The notes under the pieces: model-generated
Database searches by the model: none
Told to the model about the DNA's origin: nothing
The model's input: the letters and a program-made list of their open reading frames with translations, nothing else
Shown: in pieces, positions 25,890 to 38,700 of the stretch
How the letters are laid out: every line of letters begins with the position of its first letter
Position numbering within the stretch: the first letter of the stretch is position 1
Source of the DNA: Eledone cirrhosa
Taxonomy: Eukaryota
Length of the DNA stretch: 64,000 nt
Reading direction: 5' to 3'
Assembly: GCA_964016885.1 (NCBI GenBank)
Contig: OZ024751.1
Location: 52,328,001-52,392,000, forward strand
Program-made: the position numbers and the translations under genes

Positions 25890-26572
25890 ATAATACACCT
25901 GTGTCACCCATACATACCTTCCTGTCATAGAAACATGATAGTACATCTGTACACCCATACACCCTCCTGTCATAGAAACACCATAGTACATCTGCCCACA
26001 CACCCTTCTGTCATAGAAACACCATAGTACACCTGTACACCTCCCCACCCATACACCTCCATCTGTCATAGAAACAGCACAGTGTACTTGTATCATAGTA
26101 CACATGCCCACTCATTCACACCCTTCTGTCACAGAAACATATTATATCTGTCAATCCACCCTTCTGTCACAGAAATACTATAGTACACATGTCCACCTGT
26201 CTGTCATAGAAACACCATACTATATCTGTTAATCCACCCTTCTGTCATAGAAACACCATACTGTATCTGTCAATCCACTCTTCTGTCATAGAAACACCAT
26301 ACTATATCTGTAAATCCACTCTTCTGTCATAGAAACACCATACTATATCTGTCAATCCACTCTGCTGTCATAGAAACACCATACTATATCTGTCAATCCA
26401 CCCTTCTGTCACAGAAATACTATAGTCCACCTTTCTGTCATAGAAACACCATACTGTATCTGTCAATCCACTCTTCTGTCATAGAAACACCATACTATAT
26501 CTGTCAATCCACCCTTCTGTCACAGAAATACTATAGTTCACCAGTCCACCTTTCTGTCATAGAAACACCATG
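25890..26572 (+). repeat. ~41-bp minisatellite right after exon 9
   Basis: Unit CTTCTGTCATAGAAACACCATACTATATCTGTCAATCCAC(C/T), with variants. Confidence 0.9.
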
Positions 26573-26620
26573 TGAAATGAGAAATACTAACATTCTTTTG
26601 TGTTTGGTTTATATTTCCAG

Positions 26621-26669
26621 TGATTTTAATAGCCTCAACAAAACTGAAGTGGTAAAGAACAATCAGCTT
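26621..26669 (+). CDS. MICAL: MICAL coding exon 10 (49 nt, CH domain)
   Basis: DFNSLNKTEVVKNNQL; ttccag / gtgagt; phase 2-0; bridges RPDLI and AFDLAE. Confidence 0.92.
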
Positions 26670-26949
26670 GTGAGTAGAAAATTTCACTTCAATCTTCCCA
26701 TCATCATCACCATCATCATTCCCATCATCATCATCATCAACATCACTCCCATCATCATCATCATCATCATCATTGCAGATGTATTAATAAAATAGCAGCA
26801 GCAACAAGCATTTTAAGGCCATTCAGACTTTGCTAAAGCAGGCTTCATAACCATCATGTGGCCATTTTTGAAGCAATATTTTACAGCCATATGCCCTTGC
26901 TGGTCCTGACCTTTTTTGATGTTTCTTATATCATGCAAGGATAAGCTTT

Positions 26950-27124
26950 ACCTATTCTAAACTCGATACACACAGGGATATGATGTATCTCTTCTAAACC
27001 AGATACACACAGGGATATGGTGTATCTATTCTAAACTAAATATACACAGGGATATGATGAATCTATTTTAAACTAGATACACAGGGATATGGTGTACCTC
27101 TATTCTAAACCAGATATTCACAGA
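26950..27124 (+). repeat. ~35-bp minisatellite, about 5 copies
   Basis: CTATTCTAAACTAGATACACAGGGATATGGTGTAT repeated. Confidence 0.85.
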
Positions 27125-27265
27125 GCAAGGAATTATTAAAAGAAATATTTAAACAACATTTATTCTTGTTAATATATCCATTCTTACTGTCTGTTTAAAA
27201 GCTTCATGTATTTATGTTTTACTTTTTTTAATTGTCTCTCTGTTTCTCTTTTTCTGTCTATATAG

Positions 27266-27413
27266 GCTTTTGATTTAGCCGAAAAAGAACTTGGTATCTC
27301 ACCTGTGATGACTGGGCAAGAAATGGCTGAGTGTGATGTGCCTGACAAACTTGCTATGGTTTCCTATCTCTCTCAGTTCTACGTTATTTTCAAGAAAGAG
27401 AAACATCCAAAAT
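27266..27413 (+). CDS. MICAL: MICAL coding exon 11 (CH domain end)
   Basis: [49 protein letters not shown]; tatag / gtaagt; phase 0-1. Confidence 0.94.
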
Positions 27414-28057
27414 GTAAGTTCTATGTTTATAGTAGTAATACATGTGATATGTTTATATAAGTGATACATGTGATGTCTTTATAGAAGTAGTAACATGTTA
27501 CATGTTTATATTAGTAACACTGCCAAACAAAAGGTTTGGAGAACTCTTCAGCTGTGTCAAAGACATGTCAACCCTCCTAGTGCTAGTGTCATGATCAAAT
27601 ACATTCAGTAGAGTGCAGGAATGTATGTAAGGGACATACAGGCCCCTGGCCTGTCTGAAAGGTTAGTAGCCCTATTGAGTTCTGATTTGGTTTGTGAGAA
27701 TCCATCCAACTTTTGCTAGTAGGGAAAGTTTAAGTCTGTCTCAAGCCAGAAAGCTCATCAGGCCAGTGTTTATCCCAGTTTCGTGGCATTAAGTGACTGA
27801 GATTTCAAGACTTTCCCCTGGAAAGGATGCCAATCCATCGCAGGGTTAAACCCCCAGCTATTGCTAGTACTCATTTTCAGCTGAGTATACTGGATCAATG
27901 TGAAATGAAGTGTTTTACTCAAAAACACAACACACAACCAACAACCCAGTCCAGGAATCGAGCCCATGGCATTATCATAATAGTCCAACACCCTTACCAC
28001 TAGGCCATGCACCTCCAGTAGGGAAAACAGATTTTAAATGATGATGATATGGTTTAA

Positions 28058-28275
28058 CCCTTTAGCATTTACATTACTCTATATTTACTATTATATTTTC
28101 ATGGTAAAGGCTTTACCTCACAATTATCGCACATAATATCGAATCTATGAGATTTTGATATTATTTATTTTGAGAACAATACCTTAACATAAGTATGAGC
28201 AGTGGTTACAGCTGGTTTGAACAAAAAGCGGTGAGAGAATTCTGGCCGGATACAGCCTGTTTAAATGTTAAAGGG
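28058..28275. mobile_element. piggyBac-like MITE with TTAA flanks
   Basis: TTAA|CCCTTTAGCATTTA...TAAATGTTAAAGGG|TTAA; a second copy lies at ~20881-21115. Confidence 0.75.
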
Positions 28276-29214
28276 TTAATGTAATGACTTTGGGTTCTCT
28301 CTCTTAAGAGTGGATGGTGCAGAAATGTAGGAACCTGTATCCCTCTTCAGGTTCACAAGAGTTTCAAATACAATTAGCTTGAAGAATCAAGACAATACGA
28401 GAAAAGCAAACAGCTGGGCATGTTCCAACATCTGTCGGTATCTCACATCGATGTGGTTTCACTGCATGGCTAAGTTGTATGCATGACTCACTCTGTGTGT
28501 GTCCACGCCTGTGTCGACATGGTTTCACACTTAAAAGAGGTATAACGCCAGTAATGTTATACAATGCCAACACCACCTCACAATTTAACCAAGCAAACAA
28601 ACAATACAGTAGCTTCATTCGACTTTATTAAACTAATGAGTCATCACTAACTACAGAAATAAGGAAGGGGAGGGAGGTTGAGAAACAGAGGAGGGGGGGG
28701 ATAGGTGAGAGAGAGAAAGGGAACAAAACAGAGAGAGAGAGGAGACTATTGTTATCCAGTGTGTGACTATTAGAAACCTGGATCTATTTATTGATCTATA
28801 TGCGCATGAATACAAACATACATACATATATCCATGCATACATAAATACATACTTACATACATATATCCATCCATGCATACATGAATACATACAAATGTA
28901 CGCACATACATACATATATATGTGCATACATATATGATACATACATACAATTACACATATACATACACACACAGGTATGGATATATGTATGTATGTGTTG
29001 TTGTGTGTATATTGTTCACATTTATAATGGCGAGAAGCCCAATTTTAGATAAAGACTCAATAAAATAAAACAGATGTGGATATATTTTCATTTATTAAAT
29101 TGACACTTACAAGATTAGTTCTGTTTCCCTTCTCTAACAATGCATCTGAGATAATTCTCAGAGAAGAGAACAGAAGCAGCCATTAATAAATGGTTTTATA
29201 TATATATATATATA

Positions 29215-29460
29215 TAGTTATGTAATAAACAACATAAGATAATTAATTCATTTACCAGTGGTTTCTTGAAGACAGATATTTATATCTGTCTTCAGTCAGA
29301 ATCAATAACATTCTGACGACTGAAGACAGATATAAATATGTCTTCAAGAAACCACTGGTAAATGAATTAATTATCTTATGTTGTTTATTACATAACTAAA
29401 AAGCTCTGTAGCCTACATAGAGCACTCTTTTCCTTTACCTTTCCTACGGAAATACTTCAT
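29215..29460. mobile_element. ~90-bp-arm palindrome plus tail between (TA)n tracts, with hammerhead-like core
   Basis: Arms 29215-~29302 and ~29310-29398; right arm has CTGAAGA (29320) ... GAAACCACTGGTA; stem I not recoverable. Confidence 0.6.
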
Positions 29461-29855
29461 ATATATATTAAATAATATATATATATATATATACTCTTTT
29501 ACCTGTTCCAGCCATCCGGCTGAGGCCATGCTGGGGCCCCCATATATATATATATATATTTCGTTTCTGAATTTGTTTAGCAAGATTCTTTATCTGAAAA
29601 CATGTGTTGAAACCGATATTGTTATACTTTGGGAGGGTCATGTTGCCAATAAGAAACACACGCACCAGTTGCTTTCACTTCAATTTATTATAATAAATTT
29701 ATAAATTTAGGAATTTATAAATTTCCGGTTGGTTGGTTAGTTCCACAACCAGATGGTTGTTTATATATTGTCAAAGTTCTTTCGTCACAGATTCTGGGGG
29801 TTCTTTTCTTTGTTTTTTGTGCCTCTCCTTTGTTCTGTCCTACGCCATCTTGTTT

Positions 29856-29886
<31 letters not shown>

Positions 29887-29889
29887 TAA

Positions 29890-30006
<117 letters not shown>

Positions 30007-30235
30007 ATATGTACACACATACACACATATATTAAATCATGATATATATACAGACACACACTCACACACAAATAGATATATGCTAACCAGAGGCAAGCTG
30101 GCCTTATAAGGTATTTGAGCAATATCATTAGCGATACCTGAAGCTGGAGTTTTGTATTTTGAATATAACAATTGTTGTTCTCTTGTGTTTATATTGTTTT
30201 TCTAATGACCATCTTTTTTCTGTTCTTTCTCTCAG

Positions 30236-30345
30236 TGGAGAATATTGCTCTCACTCCAGAAGAAGGACCAAAACCTTACAGATCTCCATCTCATCGTTTG
30301 TCCCTTCTGCAAAAGATAAGCAACCGCTTCTCTAAACACAAAAGA
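30236..30345 (+). CDS. MICAL: MICAL coding exon 12 (CH-LIM linker)
   Basis: (L)ENIALTPEEGPKPYRSPSHRLSLLQKISNRFSKHKR; long pyrimidine tract + cag / gtaagt; phase 1-0 fits neighbours. Confidence 0.82.
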
Positions 30346-30375
30346 GTAAGTTTTATTATTATTTACTAGACTAAT

Positions 30376-30770
30376 TGGCAGTATCGGTAGAGCATCAGAC
30401 ACCATACTTCGTGGGCATAGTTACGGCTCTTTATGTTCTGAGTTCAAATCCCACCAAGGTTCGCTTTGCCTTTCCTCCTTACGGGGTCGATAAATAAAGC
30501 ACCAGTAACACACTGGGGTCGATTTAATCTACTTTCCCCTGCCCCCAAATTGCTGGCCTTGTGCCTATAGTAGAAATCATTATTATTTACTAGACTGAGG
30601 GTAGTGGATTGCCAAAATAGGTAGAGCGTTGGACAAAATGTTTTACGATATTTAGTTACAACGTTCTACATTCACAGTTCAAATCTTGCTGAGGTCAACT
30701 TTGCCTTTCATACTTTCGGGTTCAATAAAAAGTACCAGTAAAGTGTTGGGGTTGATATAATCAACTTTCA
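30376..30770 (+). mobile_element. Two tandem family A SINEs
   Basis: A/B boxes and core at ~30376-30585 and ~30600-30770. Confidence 0.8.
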
Positions 30771-31163
30771 TCCATAAATTAGATATTACAAATACAGATG
30801 GAAAGAGATTGGTTAGGAGTGTGTGTAGGGGGAATTACCTTGGTTTAATTTTTATATTATGATGATGATGATGATGATGATGATAATTTCTTTCCTGTAC
30901 CACATGAAACCACATTAGCAAGATATTCTTGAAATGTCAAAACATAACAGCATCTCATTAAAAATTAAAGTCTTTAGTCTAATACAACAAATTTGCTCAC
31001 CAATCTCTCTGCAAGTAAAGATACTATACCCAGTTTTAAGACATTTTCTGCTAAATCATTACAGGATGTTAAGAATAAAGATTTCTTTTGTTGTTGTTGT
31101 TAATTTATTATAGTAGTAATTGTTGTTGTTGTTTTTATAAATTTTGTATTTTATCTGCTTCAG

Positions 31164-31232
31164 CTCACGCGAAATCGAGAAGATGAACATTTAACCTTTA
31201 GTGGTGTTCATGCCACTGGCGAACTGAAAGAG
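31164..31232 (+). CDS. MICAL: MICAL coding exon 13 (69 nt, linker)
   Basis: LTRNREDEHLTFSGVHATGELKE; ttcag / gtaaat; phase 0-0, open frame. Supported by splice signals only. Confidence 0.68.
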
Positions 31233-31314
31233 GTAAATTGCAGATATATAAAACATTTTGATTGTAATAGGAGTTCAAATCACACTGTTTAAATATGCAA
31301 ATTAGCTATTAGAA

Positions 31315-31599
31315 CAAAGGTTCTCAAAGTGGGTGCTACCGCCCCTCGGTGGGGGTGGGGGTGGGGGTCGTTGAGAAGGTCCAGGGGGCGGTAGGGGGTT
31401 GAGATGATATAATAGTATATTAAATATCAAATGATAGTATAAATTATATTGTTTATTATATATAAATTAACGATTTTATTTATTAAATATTGTTTACAAT
31501 TTATGTGTAAGCAGGTCTCTCTGGAAATGGGGTTGGGGGCGCTGAGGGTATTATGTGGCCGTGAGGTGGGAAGTGCCCAAAAAAGTTTGAGAACGTCTG
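31315..31599. mobile_element. hAT (Charlie/MER5-like) MITE
   Basis: CAAAGGTTCTCAAAGT...AGTTTGAGAACGTCTG termini; flanks TATTAGAA / GGTTAGAA. Confidence 0.65.
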
Positions 31600-31787
31600 G
31601 GTTAGAATGTAGGAGAAATGCCTTATAGCATTTGCTCTGCTCTGAACACTCTATGTTCAGATTTTGCCAAGGTAAACTTTACCTTTCATCCTTTCTGAGT
31701 GGACAAAATAGAGTAGCAGAAGAGGGTGCTGGTTTTGTGGCAGAGAAGATACCATCTGGTGTTTGTAACACACTGGGGTTGATTTCA

Positions 31788-32025
31788 TCATCATCCGGTA
31801 GCCTCAGCCAAAATTGACTCAACAGTTGATCTCCACGTGGGTCTGTCGTTCATTGCTGTTGCCAAGTCCTGGATTTCAATACCAGAATCTCTGGATATGA
31901 CATCGGGATAGGAGAGCTTGTGCCCCCTGTTATTAGTGAGTGCTTGCGGTTTCCAAAACACTAATGGGGACACAGCCTCATAGGTGGCATGATGGCAGTG
32001 GCCAGCAAATCTTACTTTCCTTTTA
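31788..32025 (-). mobile_element. RTE-type LINE 3' end fragment inserted in a SINE
   Basis: FAGHCHH...LVFWKP...RGHKLSYPDVISRDSG...AMNDRPTWR followed by a (GAT)n tail; SINE halves on both sides. Confidence 0.7.
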
Positions 32026-32129
32026 TGTACGACAGATATGTGTGATTTAATTGACTTTCCCCTCCTTCAAAATTGTTGGCTTTGTATCTAAATTAGAAAT
32101 CAATGTTTTTATTCTTACCGTTATTCTAG

Positions 32130-32336
32130 AATCGGGCCCCTGTTGAGTTAAAAAGCTACTCCAAACTTCCCATTGGTGAAATAAGCAACAGATTAACATC
32201 AAACTGGAGATATGAAGATTTGAAAAAAGATAGAAGAGAAGTTCAGAGTAAAGTGAATGTTAGCGCCATGGCTGAGATTCTGGCTTCCAAGTTCAAAGCT
32301 GATCTACAACCACCACCACCGGCAATAAAAAGAATT
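32130..32336 (+). CDS. MICAL: MICAL coding exon 14 (linker)
   Basis: NRAPVELKSYSKLPIGEISNRL...SKVNVSAMAEILASKFKADLQPPPPAIKRI; VSAMAEILASKF resembles the VKSMA-QL-AKF segment upstream of MICAL LIM domains; ttctag / gtaagt; phase 0-0. Confidence 0.85.
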
Positions 32337-32739
32337 GTAAGTTTATAATACCTTGTTTTGTTTGTTTTGCTAGTTTTGTTGTTGTTGCTGTTGTTGGTGT
32401 TTTTTCTTTTCTGTTTTGGAGTGGGATATGATGTGTATGTGTGTGAGGATGGGAGGTGATGGGCAGGTGATGTAGGACGGAGTGGAAGGGAAGTGGAGGA
32501 GGTGTGACATAATAGGGAGGAGGTAAGATATGATGAGGAGGGGGTGGGAAGTGAATTGGAGGAGGAGGTAGGACGTGATGAAGAGGAAGTGTGGTATGAT
32601 GGGGAGGAGGCAGCTCTTTATTTTTAGATTGAATATTTTTAGTTAAATCATAGGATTTAATTAATCCCTGCTTCCATATTGAAAGAAAATCATTACCATT
32701 GGTTTTCATCATCAAATGTAAATTTCATTGCCTCCACCA

Positions 32740-33249
32740 CCACCACCATCATGTCTATTATTATCCTCATCATCATCTTTTCATTACCATCATCATCAAC
32801 ATTCTTCTTATTATCATCACCACCATCATGATTATTATCATTCTCATCATCATCATTTTCATCATATTTATCACCATCATCATTATTAGCAATGTCATCA
32901 TCATCACCACCATCATCATAATCATCACAATCATCATCATTATCATCAACATTAGCATTGTCATTGTTATGATATTGTTTTCAGCAATATCATCATCATC
33001 ATCATCACTATTACCATCATTATCATCATCATTTCATTAGTTTTCTTAATGTTTCTGTTGTTATTGTTGTCCATCCTCTCTTCGTTGGTTGAAAAAGTTG
33101 AAAATATGTCTGGTCATATTTGTTACCATAGCAACCACACAGGTTTTTTTTTGTGAATATTTAGCAAACTAAGAACAGTTCTATACACCGCTAATTTCAG
33201 CAACAATGTGTGGGTGGGTGTATATACATGTGTGTGTATATCATTCATG

Positions 33250-33282
<33 letters not shown>

Positions 33283-33289
33283 ATGTATG

Positions 33290-33326
<37 letters not shown>

Positions 33327-33363
33327 ATGTATGTATATATATATGTGTGGGTGTGTGTGTATG

Positions 33364-33430
<67 letters not shown>

Positions 33431-33491
33431 ATGTGTGTATGTATATATATATATATGTGTGTGTATGTATATATATATATATATATGTGTG

Positions 33492-33529
<38 letters not shown>

Positions 33530-33530
33530 T
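32740..33530 (+). repeat. (ATC)n and (TA)/(TG)n microsatellite region
   Basis: Simple repeats; similar (ATC)n tracts at 20651-20787 and 26700-26772. Confidence 0.9.
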
Positions 33531-33977
33531 TTTGAAGAGCCCGGAAAAATTTCCTTGAGCTCATTATATTACAGGGAACAATGCGAGTTATTGACTCCGA
33601 TGCTTCATTTGATATATATATATATATGTGTATGTATATAATATCTATCATCATCATCATTTAGTGTTCACGTGTCCACTTCCCTGCTAGCAGCACACCA
33701 TTAGATCAGTGAATCTTTACCTTATAGAAAGTATGGGTTGACTCCAGGAAGGGCATCCTTATTTAGAAATTTGCCATGGATAAAGAGAAAGGGGAAATAT
33801 ATAAATATATATGTGTGTGTGTGTGTGTTTGTATTTGTATATATATCTATTCATATATATATATGTATACATAGCAAATTTTGGTGACATTTTACTTCTG
33901 TTGTGAATGAAATCTTCATATATTTTTTTATTATTATTAATGTGTGTATGTTGTCTTTTACATTATATATTTGACTT

Positions 33978-34168
33978 AATTATTGTCTCTACTTTAGGCA
34001 CAAGGCCAGCAATTACCCAGTGCATTACTGGTACTTTATTTTATCGACCCCGTAAGGATGAAAGGCAAAGTCAACCTCGGCGGGATTTGAACTCAGATCG
34101 TAAAGGGACGTAACTATGCTGGAAAGCATGGCGTCCGACCCTCTACTGATACTGCCAATCCACTGCCC
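33978..34168 (-). mobile_element. Family A SINE
   Basis: Nearly identical to 9607-9789 and 22528-22705. Confidence 0.88.
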
Positions 34169-34336
34169 TTTAATTATCTTATGTTATAACATTCATGTTA
34201 TATTATATATTATATTGCATATTATATCATTATATATTGTATATCACATTATGTCATAGTATATTGTATTATGTATCATCATCATAGTTTAATATCCATT
34301 TTCCACACTAGCATATGTATAATATATACTATGAGA

Positions 34337-34523
34337 GGTGGATTGGCAGTATCAGTAGAGGGTCGGACGCCATGTTTTGACGCATAGTTACGACCCTCGC
34401 CATTTTGAGTTCAAATCCCTCCGGGGTTAACTTTGCCTTTCATCCTTACGAGGTCGATAAGATAAAGTACCAGTAATACACTGGGTAATTGCTGGCCTTG
34501 TGCCAAAAGTAGAAACAATTATT
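34337..34523 (+). mobile_element. Family A SINE, inverted relative to 33978-34168
   Basis: GGTGGATTGGCAGTATCAGTAGAGGGTCGGACGCC...GAGTTCAAATCC...AGTAGAAACAATT. Confidence 0.88.
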
Positions 34524-34653
34524 TACTATGCCATATTATATCATTATATATTATCATATTATTTAATAGATTATCATAATGTATTAGTTTACATCATACT
34601 GTATCATATTATATATAATAATATATATCATATTTCTCTTCTTTCTACATTAG

Positions 34654-34846
34654 ACATCCAATCCCACACTTCTAGCTGCTCAACCTGCAAGTGAATATTG
34701 CTATTTTTGTAAAAGAAGAGTGTACATAATGGAGCGAATGAGTGCTGAAGGTCTATTTTTCCATCGTGGCTGTTTACGTTGTGAACATTGCAAGACGAAT
34801 CTACGACTAAGCAATTATTCCTGTGATAGAACTATCACCGGAGAAG
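34654..34846 (+). CDS. MICAL: MICAL coding exon 15 (LIM domain)
   Basis: [64 protein letters not shown]; cattag / gtattc; phase 0-1. Confidence 0.95.
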
Positions 34847-35606
34847 GTATTCTTTCATTTAGACTTTTTTGTGCAATACTCATCATTATCATCATCATCA
34901 TCATACATCTGTTTTCCCTGCTACCAAGAGGTGTAAAAGTCATGTTGGTTCAAGTCCATACTCAAGCAGAACTACTGTCCTCTCAGATGGGCTGGTGTTC
35001 TACATCTTAATTATTTATGTAACAACTCTCTACTGAGTGTTCTGGCAGGCTGGAAGCCCACATCTTGCTTACATACATTCCTATACTCTACCAAGTGTAT
35101 TTTATCATAGCACCAACATGAGGGAGGTTGTTGTGTCTTTGACATATCTGAAGAATCCTCCCAACCTTTTGTTTGGCAAGTTTTTGAAAGTTGGATGTCC
35201 ATACTATCACAAATCATTTTAAAGAATGTAATGGGTTTTATAGTTCCAGTTCAAGTCTAACGTCTTTCAAAGTTTCTATCCTCTGCCATGACATAAAGGG
35301 TCATTTTTGAAGGACCAAACATACAATGTGAAATGGTTCCAATAGGTGGCCACACTGTTTGACAAATGAAGAGATGTCACTGTAAACTTTTGAAAGTAGG
35401 ACTAAAACTTTCTGATGAATGAACAGCCACCAGACAACAGTGGTCAAATGGTTGACCCTCACATCGAGTCATATGATTATTATATATCATCATCATCAGC
35501 ATCTTTTTATGTTCATTTTTCCACGCTAGGGTTTTCTTCTTTCTCTTTCTTCTTTTTTCATTCTCTCTCTCTCACTCTCTCTCATACACCCCCCTCTTAC
35601 TTGTAG

Positions 35607-35683
35607 TGAGGTTTTATTGTTTCCGCCATGTTGGAATGATGAGACAGAGAAGAAAGCGCAGTTTAACAGACGAACCCACAAAG
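35607..35683 (+). CDS. MICAL: MICAL coding exon 16 (LIM end); gene continues past the window
   Basis: (V)RFYCFRHVGMMRQRRKRSLTDEPTK supplies the last LIM Zn ligands (CxxH); ttgtag / gtcagt; phase 1-0; no stop reached. Confidence 0.9.
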
Positions 35684-35714
35684 GTCAGTATATTAGTGTT
35701 ATAGTGTACAGGGA

Positions 35715-38700
35715 GGGGGTGGAGAATATAGCTGTACTGTGGTGGTGGTGGTGGGGGGGTGTTACTTTGATGGTGGTGTGTTACAGTGGAGATATAGCTG
35801 TACTGTGGTGGGGGGTGGGGATGTTACTGAGATGGTGGTGTGTTACAGTGGAGATATAGCTGTGGTGGGCGTGGGGGTGTTACTGAGATGGTGGTGTGTT
35901 ACAGTGGAGATATAGCTGTACTGTGGTGGGGGTGGGGTGTTACTGTGGTGGTGGTGTGTTACAGTGGAGATATAGCTGTACTGTGGTGGGGGTGGTGTGT
36001 TACTATGATGGTGGTGTGTTACAGTGGAGATATAGCTGTACTGTGGTGGGGGTGGTGTGTTACAGTGGAGATATAGCTGTACTGTGGTGGGGGTGGGGGT
36101 GTTACTGGGATGGTGGTGTGTTACAGTGGAGATATAGCTGTACTGTGGTGGGGGTGGGGGTGTTACTGGGATGGTGGTGTGTTACAGTGAAGATATAGCT
36201 GTACTGTGGCGGGGGTGGGGGTGTTACTGGGATGGTGGTGTGTTACAGTGGAGATATAGCTGTACTGTGGTGGGGGTGGGGGTGTTACTGGGATGGTGGT
36301 GTGTTACAGTGGAGATATAGCTGTACTGTGGTGGGGGTGGGGGTGTTACTGGGATGGTGGTGTGTTACAGTGAAGATATAGCTGTACTGTGGCGGGGGTG
36401 GGGTGTTACTGTGATGGTGGTGTGTTACAGTGGAGATATAGCTGTACTGTGGTGGGGGGTGGGGTGTCACTGTGATGGTGGTGTGTTACAGTGGAGATAT
36501 AGTTGTGGTGGGGGGTGGGGTGTTACTGTGATGGTGGTGTGTTACAGTGGAGATATAGCTGTACTGTGGTGGGGGTGGGGTGTTACAGTGGAGGTGGGGG
36601 TGTTACTGTGATGGTGGTGTGTTACAGTGAAGATATAGCTGTACTGTGGTGGGGGTGGGGGTGTTACTGGGATGGTGGTGTGTTACAGTGAAGATATAGC
36701 TGTACTGTGGCGGGGGTGGGGTGTTACTGTGATGGTGGTGTGTTACAGTGGAGATATAGCTGTACTGTGGTGGGGGGTGGGGTGTCACTGTGATGGTGGT
36801 GTGTTACAGTGGAGATATAGTTGTGGTGGGGGGTGGGGTGTTACTGTGATGGTGGTGGGTTACAGTGGAGATATAGCTGTACTGAGGTGGGGGTGGTGTG
36901 TTACAGTGGAGGTGGGGGTGTTACTGTGATGGTGGTGTGTTACAGTGGAGATATAGCTGTACTGTGGTGGGGGTGGGGGTGTTACTGTGATGGTGGTGTG
37001 TTACAGTGAAGATATAGCTGTACTGTGGGGGGTGGGGGTGTTACTGTGATGGTGGTGTGTTACAGTGGAGATATAGCTGTACTGAGGTGGGGGTGGTGTG
37101 TTACAGTGGAGGTGGGGGTGTTACTGTGATGGTGGTGTGTTACAGTGAAGATATAGCTGTACTGTGGTGGGGGTGTTACTGTGGTGGTGGTGTGTTACAG
37201 TGGAGATCTAGCTGTACTGTGGTGGGGGTGGGGGTGTTACTGTGATGGTGGTGTGTTACAGTGGAGATATAGCTGTACTGTGGTGGGGGTGGGGGTGTTA
37301 CTGGGATGGTGGTGTGTTACAGTGAAGATATAGCTGTACTGTGGTGGGGGTGGGGGTGTTACTGTGATGGTGGTGTGTTACAGTGGAGATATAGCTGTAC
37401 TGTGGTGGGGGTGGGGTGTTACTGTGATGGTGGTGTGTTACAGTGAAGATATAGCTGTACTGTGGTGGGGGTGGGGGTGTTACTGGGATGGTGGTGTGGT
37501 ACAGTGGAGATATAGCTGTACTGTGGTGGGGGTGGGGGGGTTACTGTGATGGTGGTGTGTTATAGTGGAGATATAGCTGTACTGGGGTGTTACTGTGGAG
37601 ATATAGCTGTACTGTGGTGGGGGTGGGGGGTTACTGTGATGGTGTGTTATAGTGGAGATATAGCTGTGGTGGGGGTGGGGTGTTACTGTGGTGGTGGTGT
37701 GTTACAGTGGAGATATAGCTGTACTGTGGTGGGGGTGGGGGTGGGGGTGTGTTACAGTGGAAATATAGCTGTACTGTGGTGGGGGTGGGGGTGTTACTGT
37801 GGTGGTGGTGTGTTACAGTGGAGATATAGCTGTACTGTGGTGGGGGTGGGGGTGTTATTGTGGTGGTGGTGTGTTACAGTGGAGATATAGCTGTACTGTG
37901 GTGGGGGTGTTACTGTGGTGGTGGTGTGTTACAGTGGAGATATAGCTGTACTGTGGTGGGGGTGGGGGTGTTATTGTGGTGGTGGTGTGTTACAGTGGAG
38001 ATATAGCTGTACTGTGGTGAGGGTGGGCGTGTTACTGTGGTGCTGGTGTGTTACAGTGGAGATCTAGCTGTACTGTGGTGGGGTATGGGGGTGTTACTGT
38101 CATTGGGGTGTGTTACAGTGGAGATATAGCGGAACTGTGGTGGGTGTGGGGGGGGGGGGTACTGTGATGGTGGTGTGTTACAGTGGAGATATAGCGGAAC
38201 CGTGGTGGGTGTGGGCGGGTGGGGTTACTGTGATGGTGGTGTGTTACAGTGGAGATATAGCTGTACTGTGGTGGGGTGGGGGGGTTACTGTGATGGTGGT
38301 GTGGTATAGTGGAGATATAGTTGTACTGGGGTGGGGGTGTTACTGTGATGGTGGTGTGTTACAGTGGAGATATAGCGGAACTGTGGTGGGTGTGTGTGTG
38401 TGGGGGGGGTTACTGTGATGGTGGTGTGTTACAGTGGAGATATAGCTGTACAATGGTGGAGGTGGGGGTGTTACTGTGATGGTGGTGTGTTATAGTGGAG
38501 ATATAGCTGTACTGTGGTGGGGGTGGGTGGTTACTGTGATGGTGGTGTGTTACAGTGGAGATATAACTGTACTGTGGTGGGGGTGGGGGTGTTTCTGTGA
38601 TTGTGGTGTGTTACAGTGGAGATATAGCTGTACTGTGGTGGGGGTGGGGGTGTTACTGTAATTGTGGTGTGTTACAGTGGAGATATAGCTGTACTGTGGT

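Noticed and set aside
28360-28645. GAAAC-containing motifs on the minus strand, possible hammerheads
   Set aside because: No CUGANGA core with consistent stems could be built.
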